IMG/VR virus record: IMGVR_UViG_3300028602_000008
Reading direction: 5' to 3' (one strand)
Length of the DNA stretch: 64,000 bases
Origin: an uncultured virus (IMG/VR IMGVR_UViG_3300028602_000008)
Lineage: Duplodnaviria > Heunggongvirae > Uroviricota > Caudoviricetes
Shown piece by piece: positions 57,601 through 64,000 of the stretch (the stretch's first letter is position 1; the number at the start of each line of letters is the position of its first letter). The notes under the pieces are model-generated. The model was not told the origin of the DNA. It made no database searches and saw only the letters and a program-made list of their open reading frames with translations. A program made the position numbers and the translations under genes.

Positions 57601-60600
57601 CCTCCTGCAGAGTCCTGATACAGGTCTACTGTCCACTTTCCATTTGCATCCTGGCCTATTTTCTTGTAGGTATTCAAAGTTGCATCATATTTTGCACGTC
57701 TCAGTTCTATTCTATCTAGTACCAGTTTTTCGTAATCCGTGGTAGAGTAGGCGACTAATGTTTCTGGATCTTCAACCATCCAAGTTTTACCGCCATCGGG
57801 GCTCATGATTTTGGCATCCCAGTCAGCATTGTATGTCCATTTACTGACATCTGTAGTATCGGCTGATGGGTAATATGTAGACCCTCCGCTACTACCACTA
57901 CTACTCCCGCCATAATCACTGCTACCTCCGCTTCCACTTCCGCCCCCGCTAGATGCCTTTTCGCTGTCGAGCTGGGCGTTTATGGCAGCCAATTCATCGT
58001 CCATTTTGGCTTTCATGGCTTCAACGTTTTGCGGGGTTGCTCCGGCCACGCCTTCTGGTGTTTCTCCTGCTCCTTTAGCCAGTTCGTCTTCGTTGCTTTG
58101 GGCGTATTTCATCGCATCTGTTTCTGATAATGTGGAGGTACCCGGATTGGCTGAGATTGTCTTTTTGAGACCATTGGCATCTTCGTATGTGATGTGGAAT
58201 AGGTCTTTTGTAGAATCTGTGGTGATGAGATGGACTATGTTGGGATTACCGGCATCATCTATGCTTTCAACGCTCAGAATACCCTTTGTCTTCGGGTTAT
58301 ATCCATCACCAACAGGAAGATACTTATCTTTTCCATATTTCACATACTTCTGGCCGTTTTCTGCCATGTACATATCGTCTCCGAGGTCTGCAACCAAGTT
58401 CAGATCTGAAGATGTCAGTGGCTTATACGCAATTTCAGGTTCGACGCTACTCATTTTGGCCAGTTTTTCAGGAGTCACTAAGAATTCATCCATCTCATTT
58501 GGAACGTGTAGATTGGTTACTTTAGCGGTCTCCGGGATCTTGACATCCAGTTGAGTTAATGGCTGTGCTTTCAGGTCTTCTGGTGTAACTTTCTTGAACT
58601 CAAGAATCTTTGTTTGGACTATTGGTGTTGGTTTGGTGAATGATATGGTTTCGATGTTTGCTTTGGTACCAGTAATGGTTTCTGTTGGAGCCCTAGTTAC
58701 TGTAGCTGAAGCTTCTTTAACTTCAGTAGCTGTAACTTTGTCACCATTGACAACCAGTTCAATTTTACTGCCATCGAAACCATCAACGACAAACTTGGAT
58801 GCATCTTTGGCGTCTCCAACAACAGATCCGATGATTTTCCCGTCTCTGAGAGCACTCATACCCTGTGCCGTTTTTACCAGAGTAAGGACTCCTGCCTTCT
58901 CACCGGCCTTCATACCGGTTTTTGCGATGGTGACGGGGGCTTTCCCTATGATTAAAAGGGGTGCTAATAGCAGGTTTACGCCCACGTTGGGAGTCACGGG
59001 GCTGATGATGATGTCTTTACCCAACTGATAGAGCTGTCCTGTGGCATAGGGTGTAAGGTCTGGCATATTTCCAAGATCAGTGTTGGTCTCAACGTAGCCT
59101 TTAAGGATGTCACCCATGGATTTATCGATGGTGCTGTTTTTAACTGTGGTTGTGAAGTCGGCATATTCTTTATCGTTTAACCCTGTAGCAATTGCAGTCC
59201 AGTAATCGTTTCCCATTTTAGCTTCAAGAATTCCCTGCAGAGCATTATCTACGGAAGCACCCACAATCAGTCTTGGGTTGTTTTTGGCGATCAGGGACAA
59301 TGTTTCAGGACTGGCGTGAGCCATGGTTGCACTGAAGGCTTCATAGGATGACATACCGCCAACATCTTTAACATCGTCAAGGGTAGCCCCTGGTTTGGCA
59401 AGGTCAGTAGCGATCTTATTGAATGTCAATAGACCAGCAACGGTAGGCTCGATCTTGTAACCGTTCTCGTATTCTGGTTTGGAAAGGTAAGTGTAAATAT
59501 CCTCACCCTTTTGAACGGCAGATGATACCAGATAACCCCAGGGATCTTTTGTTGGGTCCGGTGTTGCATCTATGTTTGCTTGCCGCTGAGCTGCTGTTAA
59601 GGGTACTTCCGCGAAGAGACCTGATCCTATCTGTCTCTCGCCTGGGAGCTGCAGGGCTTCCTGGGCAGTTGTTGGCAATGCCGAGATTCCAGAGATTGGC
59701 TTTAGAGAACCAGTATCGGCAGTCTTCATTTGATCCAATACTGTCTTCGGTATTTTAGCTATGTCAGCATCGGATATACCCAGATTCTGTAACTTGTAGT
59801 AGGTCAACTCAGGAATACCTTGCCATTGACCAGTTTTTGGATCAGTAACTGTCTTATACGGATCTACTTTGTAAATTCCAGATGCTTCAGAGAAAGTCTC
59901 AGTTGGTTTATCTGCGACCTGTCCTATTTTCACGTCTCCTGATTTCGTATCTACATAAACACCCAGTCTTGCATCTGACAGTAAATCAGCTATCTGATCA
60001 TCCTTGTATGTGGTTTTGAGACTATTGTAAATGTCCGTGTCTATTTTGACTGATCGCTGTTCATTGGAACCTTTGACATTGGTCATACCGGTAGGGGTAA
60101 AAGTTAAAATTTTATTTACCGTCTGCAGTGAAGTGGTGGATTGATTAAATGGGCTACTAGCTTGCAATATCTTAGCTACATTTGAAATTTTAGACATAGC
60201 GGCAGATTGGGGTGTGGCTGTCGCTGGGGTAGCAACTTTTGCGATGGGTGTTGAAGTTACGGCACTCGATGGCGGCATTGAAGAGATATCCATGTTTGGT
60301 GCCACACCCGTGATGTAAGGCATGTCGGATGGCTGAATATCCTTACCAGGGATAAGGTTACCACTTTTTGTTGTGTACATCTTGGTTGGGTCTATCGTTA
60401 ACGTTTTAGATGAACCACCACTTGTTTTTTTAGCAGCATCAGATTTCTCAAGTGCCGTTTTAGCAGCCGCTGAGGCAACAGGTGTTAATGAAATGGCGGC
60501 TGCGGCTTTTTGATCAGGTGATTTGGTTTCTCCGATGGCTACTTTGGATGTGTCTGTAGTACCGCTACCAGGGATCGCAAGTTTAGATGCATCTAATGTT

Positions 60601-62225
60601 TTTGGCTGATTGAGCCCCTTGGCTGCAGCTTCTGCATTGAAACGGTCAACTTGTTCTTGCAGAGTTTCAGTACCAGGTGTAACTGTAATTGGTTTAACGA
60701 ATTCGGAGGACTGGATTACCAATTTCTGAGTAAGATTCTTCTGGATGGCAGCCAGATTAGTGTCGTTGATTTGGTTATTGGATCCCATATTATTTTTAAC
60801 AACCTTTAGAATCTCTCCGTAGCGTTCAGCCCATACTTCAGCAGATACTGATGGTTTATCGCTATACATCGCATTGTAGACGGCTTTGGCGATCACGTCT
60901 GGTGACGCATTTGCCTGAATGTCAAGAGTTTTAACTGTAAAACTGGGTGTTGTTTTGAAAGTCATTACTTTTTGTACTGTAGGAAGCGTCTTATTACTGG
61001 ATAGTTTTGCGACTGCGGCTGCTAAATCTGGCATTTTTGGTTCGGTCTTGAATGTAAGTGTCTTGGTAGCTGTTTCTAGTGCCGTTTTTCCTTCCAACGA
61101 TGCGGATATATTATTTGTGACGAACTTTCCAATGCTAGACAAAATGGATGCATAGTCCTGAGATATGGTTTTGTTAGCAGCTTCAGTTACCCCCATTATA
61201 TGATTTGTAGACTGCATAGCTACCGTTTTCAAATCCTGGGCAGCCGCTGCACTGGCCGCCGACTTCATGCCATAGGATGCCAGTTTTGCAATCGTGTTCA
61301 ATGCATTGGCTGCGTCCATGTTATTTTGTGAAGCAGCTACATCAGCTCGTAAAGAGGTAACGTTTACTGCGGATTTGGCTACAGTTCCCAGGCCAGTTAA
61401 TTGGTTAGTGACGAAATTGTTAAATGTCATGACTGGATTGGTTGCGGCCTGTGCTTTTACTAGGGCGTCCTGAATTTTATTTGTGATCAGGATTTTATCA
61501 GCAGTACTTACATTAGAATTCCAGGTAAGGTCAGTACGATTTGCTATGGCATTTGCTGCATCATTTGTGGTTTTGACCAAATCTTGAACAGTTTTATTGA
61601 TATCTGATGATAACTGAGGTACTGTAATTGTATTAGCTGCGATTGCTGACGAAAAGGCTGAAGATGCTATCGATGGCACCGATGTTGTGCTTGTATCAAA
61701 ATTCATTACTTTGGTAACCGTTGGGACTTCTTTATCTTGATCAGTCAGCTTTTTCAACGCTGCAGCTAAATTTACCGTGATCGGTGGGGGCGTAGAAGTT
61801 GCGATAGGTGTTGGTATTGGAGTTGGAGTTGTAGTTTGGAATTCAAGAACCTTAGTAACCGTTGGTATTTTCGTGTCTTCAGCAGCTAATTTTTTCATAG
61901 CCGCCGCCAAATCTACTGATATTGCGGGGGCCGCAGCAGGAGTTGGGGTTGTATCTGTTTTGAAGGTCATAGTCTTCGTAACAGTTGGTGTTGAGGTACT
62001 TGTGGATTCCAGTTTTTTCATGGCTGCAGCCAGATTTACTGATATTGCAGGTGCTGATGTTTTAATGGTGGTTGTTTGCGTAGGCGCTGTCGTTTTGAAA
62101 GTTAATGTTTTGGTAGTTGTTGGCGTGCTAACTGTTGACCTGGAGGAGCTGCTTGAAGGAAAAGCGGATTGTGCTATCGAGGATACCGCTCCAGATTTAA
62201 AAGATAGCGTCTTAAAAGTTGCCAT
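54678..62225 (-). CDS. Giant (2515 aa) Thr/Ala-rich protein with internal repeats, probable virion or surface protein
   Basis: Uninterrupted ORF; repeated TKT(L/M)TFKT-like and YxTKSGNL...D(L/M)PYI motifs; hydrophobic segment near C-terminus. Confidence 0.85.
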   Translation of the reverse strand: MATFKTLSFKSGAVSSIAQSAFPSSSSSRSTVSTPTTTKTLTFKTTAPTQTTTIKTSAPAISVNLAAAMKKLESTSTSTPTVTKTMTFKTDTTPTPAAAPAISVDLAAAMKKLAAEDTKIPTVTKVLEFQTTTPTPIPTPIATSTPPPITVNLAAALKKLTDQDKEVPTVTKVMNFDTSTTSVPSIASSAFSSAIAANTITVPQLSSDINKTVQDLVKTTNDAANAIANRTDLTWNSNVSTADKILITNKIQDALVKAQAATNPVMTFNNFVTNQLTGLGTVAKSAVNVTSLRADVAASQNNMDAANALNTIAKLASYGMKSAASAAAAQDLKTVAMQSTNHIMGVTEAANKTISQDYASILSSIGKFVTNNISASLEGKTALETATKTLTFKTEPKMPDLAAAVAKLSSNKTLPTVQKVMTFKTTPSFTVKTLDIQANASPDVIAKAVYNAMYSDKPSVSAEVWAERYGEILKVVKNNMGSNNQINDTNLAAIQKNLTQKLVIQSSEFVKPITVTPGTETLQEQVDRFNAEAAAKGLNQPKTLDASKLAIPGSGTTDTSKVAIGETKSPDQKAAAAISLTPVASAAAKTALEKSDAAKKTSGGSSKTLTIDPTKMYTTKSGNLIPGKDIQPSDMPYITGVAPNMDISSMPPSSAVTSTPIAKVATPATATPQSAAMSKISNVAKILQASSPFNQSTTSLQTVNKILTFTPTGMTNVKGSNEQRSVKIDTDIYNSLKTTYKDDQIADLLSDARLGVYVDTKSGDVKIGQVADKPTETFSEASGIYKVDPYKTVTDPKTGQWQGIPELTYYKLQNLGISDADIAKIPKTVLDQMKTADTGSLKPISGISALPTTAQEALQLPGERQIGSGLFAEVPLTAAQRQANIDATPDPTKDPWGYLVSSAVQKGEDIYTYLSKPEYENGYKIEPTVAGLLTFNKIATDLAKPGATLDDVKDVGGMSSYEAFSATMAHASPETLSLIAKNNPRLIVGASVDNALQGILEAKMGNDYWTAIATGLNDKEYADFTTTVKNSTIDKSMGDILKGYVETNTDLGNMPDLTPYATGQLYQLGKDIIISPVTPNVGVNLLLAPLLIIGKAPVTIAKTGMKAGEKAGVLTLVKTAQGMSALRDGKIIGSVVGDAKDASKFVVDGFDGSKIELVVNGDKVTATEVKEASATVTRAPTETITGTKANIETISFTKPTPIVQTKILEFKKVTPEDLKAQPLTQLDVKIPETAKVTNLHVPNEMDEFLVTPEKLAKMSSVEPEIAYKPLTSSDLNLVADLGDDMYMAENGQKYVKYGKDKYLPVGDGYNPKTKGILSVESIDDAGNPNIVHLITTDSTKDLFHITYEDANGLKKTISANPGTSTLSETDAMKYAQSNEDELAKGAGETPEGVAGATPQNVEAMKAKMDDELAAINAQLDSEKASSGGGSGSGGSSDYGGSSSGSSGGSTYYPSADTTDVSKWTYNADWDAKIMSPDGGKTWMVEDPETLVAYSTTDYEKLVLDRIELRRAKYDATLNTYKKIGQDANGKWTVDLYQDSAGGWVTKTDLDAERAAIAANNPTFTMGVDGTARIRTNDATHVVQYLDEMTGNWVTKDVYDALKGSSETPIWSAEGGYYYYKKADGSFEIQNPWTNARQTPDEYGAYLAEKAAAATPVAPTQVATYQTPSSYESYVPNLQSNYAATMAPIEARATTVEEAADAWTIFTKTSDFDRIIKSDADTKILIKAKDGKSLSAEEIDRALYLRSKMSPEGQAAFDAATGGQTSANLMPMNDFENLITGNREQIGIMTDAEIKASGLPPEKEIIVHQTKAEENLGKFLMSNEYQGASPEAKKIINAELGYYAGEPSNIPNLLNQFNEVRKDWTIPTSASWDKTVEAMRSSKNLIMDMPPWWKAENVDFSVSEMVLGNNKYADIIIGEKAKGPTKYVMETTFQKARDEGLVIAGEDGYQATSYAYKKLDGWVVRSPDGKDISFVAKNEFITTADEAISSTRAPLDMYFWEMPTNVPNEFRIPSDANGSIVEAVTKVDPFSFPETTWKGLTDAGGLSKDMTKEFVKIDLRTPDGQVWSTIREADKSKAFTVGKKVDLFEQDAIRINGLAGTDIQKLSANDYRKFISDNAAEIRNLPEDELPYLTKYLDETRSNLMDEVRATTGEVPAGKAAEVVQPQAAKAQEVIPTGLEKSRYTQAELDELQNAWRSEMKGLNETTFKDMVARNMDDIEQLDIEKLGLNESRKAIIRGEIKDRNFMRSLESRVKDINNRVAQSRADMLAGRKTKYAHIEEVKQGIEDKNALLRSVEDIKTNFADRFGEAEKVVCGAGTGFSAGLGASAKGLTPLLTIAGASAAGLAAGIIGMEGMNYKNNLIANADAELRAKYGTSSPEGGLSRTPSEKVPAGIIPSQYYVTGDGEYLLGSTITDSDLPNLVKYQDNYQNMSEAQAIPIIENQLADQKRLAAQRAESQKWAAPATQVNATAPAAFTSMDQIDRSAEYVTKSGNLYKGVDLVETDLPYIVRKAGGQ

Positions 62226-62327
62226 TTATTTTTTCTCCTTTTTGAGCCTCAGTAAGGCGGCCTGTAGTTCCTTATCGATCTGATCCTTGGTTTTCCGAGC
62301 GCGTTCCTGCAGAGATTTCTCATCCAT
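62226..62327 (-). CDS. 33 aa charged helical peptide coupled to the giant gene
   Basis: MDEKSLQERARKTKDQIDKELQAALLRLKKEKK; stop abuts giant ORF ATG. Confidence 0.55.
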   Translation of the reverse strand: MDEKSLQERARKTKDQIDKELQAALLRLKKEKK

Positions 62328-62452
62328 TCGTGATCACTTCACTATTAAATATGCCTAAGATCTATAAATAGAAGCAGCCTATGTATGTAGTATGCAAATT
62401 GTAGTTCCCTGTGGGCCGGTGGAAGTTGTCGTACTCCCGCTGTTGAGAGATT

Positions 62453-63691
62453 ATGGAGGTGAACCGGATGCCAGAACTAGATACAACGGACCTGAGCTAC
62501 CCAGTAAACGAGAGTGATATCCTCGCCATAGATAACAAGATAGATGCTTTGGCGAGACAATGGCTTGTCAGAGTACAAACCAACTTCTGGCAGTTCGATG
62601 CAGCCGTTAGAACCAGGGTTACGTGGTTTAATGAGCAACATTACAATCCTCTGAGAGTTTACGAAGGTATTTTGCCTCATTATGCGGCTCTGTTAGCTGA
62701 TTTGAACAACTTTAAGAAGTTTCTGGATGACAATAGTTTTCCATTAACAAGTTCGTACTATCAATACTATGAAGCATATGCTCTTTATTACGCAGGTTAT
62801 GCTGACGTAGCAAAGCCCCCGGCATTGGTTCAGGAGGATTTGGATCGGGGTACTATCATAGGTATTTGTGAAAAGGTTGATGACGGGGATACTTTGTTTG
62901 TTGGTGGGAAAGAAGTACGGATGGTGGGCATCAACAGCCAAGAGAAAGGAACATTTTCAGGTGGTGGCGCTGCGACTACCCGACTGAGGGAATTGGCCGA
63001 AGGTAAGATGGTAACGGTCTACTTTGATCCTTACACGCCCCTTGAGATGTACCGTAGAGTCCTGGGCGCAGTCTACCTGGGGGATGGAAGTCGCGAAGCG
63101 CTTTACCTGAGACCGGATTGGAAGAAATTGTTCTTGAATTATATAATGGTTGACGAATGCCTAGCAGAACCAACTGATAAGGGCAGGAACAATTTTGTTG
63201 ACCCGTATGAATTCAAAGCGGCCTGGGCGAAATGCAAGATAGCCGACACTCCGAACCTGGCCAGGCTCACTATTAAGAGCAATCCAACTCATGCCAGGAT
63301 TTACGTGGATGGTAAAGCAGTGCCCAAAGTTACACCCGACTGGGTAGACATGTCGCCTGGCACCCATCACATCGTAATTGCGGCAGATGGTTGCAGTGCC
63401 TGGCACGAGGATGTAGATGTAAACTACGGTGACAATAAGTTTTTCAGAAAGCTTCTGCCGTTACCGATAGCCGTCGGAGTCCTAAACATCTTTACAGACC
63501 CGGAAGATTGCGACATAATCATAAACGATATGCCGCAAGGTTTGGCACCCCTAATCGGAGTTCAGATGTTGGCAACAACACCTGTAGTTATCACAGCTTT
63601 GAAGGAAGGATTTGAACCAAAAACGGTTAGCGTATTGCCTTTAGCGGGTAGGTATATTGATATCAAGTTTGACCCGCTTGAAAAAGTTTAA
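62453..63691 (+). CDS. Thermonuclease (SNase) + two PEGA domains
   Basis: VDDGDTL...VRMVGI...EMYRRVLG..LN; IKSNP.HARIYVDG...TP...GTHHI; IFTDP...I.IND. Confidence 0.85.
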   Translation: MEVNRMPELDTTDLSYPVNESDILAIDNKIDALARQWLVRVQTNFWQFDAAVRTRVTWFNEQHYNPLRVYEGILPHYAALLADLNNFKKFLDDNSFPLTSSYYQYYEAYALYYAGYADVAKPPALVQEDLDRGTIIGICEKVDDGDTLFVGGKEVRMVGINSQEKGTFSGGGAATTRLRELAEGKMVTVYFDPYTPLEMYRRVLGAVYLGDGSREALYLRPDWKKLFLNYIMVDECLAEPTDKGRNNFVDPYEFKAAWAKCKIADTPNLARLTIKSNPTHARIYVDGKAVPKVTPDWVDMSPGTHHIVIAADGCSAWHEDVDVNYGDNKFFRKLLPLPIAVGVLNIFTDPEDCDIIINDMPQGLAPLIGVQMLATTPVVITALKEGFEPKTVSVLPLAGRYIDIKFDPLEKV

Positions 63692-64000
63692 ATAGGTTAA
63701 AGACAACGTAGGAAGTGCATCTCACCTTTGCTGACGGGGTGAATGCAGTTGTCGGGAATCGCCAAAAATATCGCCTCAAAGCAACCGGCGTGTGTGGTGT
63801 TCCATGCGCCGGTATCATTACCATCATCATTTCTCCGAGAAACAGGCCTGTAATGGCGGCATCGAACAAATCGTATGATGGGGAGATGGAGAGGTTCTCT
63901 CCCTTTCATAGTTACAGTGACAAAGGCAAAATAGCTGCTTTACCATCTGATTTTATGATTTTTAGGATGCGGCCGATTTCAGTAAGATCTACCCCATCGC

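Overview
The window looks like part of a large archaeal virus or extrachromosomal element genome. The host is probably a Methanosarcinales/Methanotrichales methanogen, judged from MC1, DUF1699, archaeal-type PolB and ThyA, and BRE-TATA promoters. From left to right it contains: (1) a diversity-generating retroelement (DGR) with target-gene end and VR, hairpin, TR, RT and two small downstream genes, but no recognisable avd; (2) glycosyl/methyltransferases, an MC1 chromatin protein with an H1-like tail and a Sak4-like ATPase; (3) about 12 kb of small tightly packed minus-strand ORFs, including an Ocr-like acidic protein; (4) a 3.4 kb mostly non-coding zone with a ~500 nt highly paired RNA-like element, palindromic motifs and a GC hairpin cluster; (5) replication and nucleotide genes (primase-helicase with flanking repeats, exonuclease, XPD-like helicase, PolB, dCMP deaminase, ThyA, ERCC4-like nuclease); (6) a module of giant proteins flanked by two thermonuclease genes. 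Six homing-endonuclease-like genes are scattered through it. The most striking observations are that every CpA adenine of the TR appears as G in the VR while other adenines are randomised, several candidate structured ncRNAs, a tailed MC1, and a probable host sheath-protein homologue. I recognised no capsid, terminase, tRNA, rRNA or CRISPR array. All family assignments are from motif recognition by eye, not database searches.
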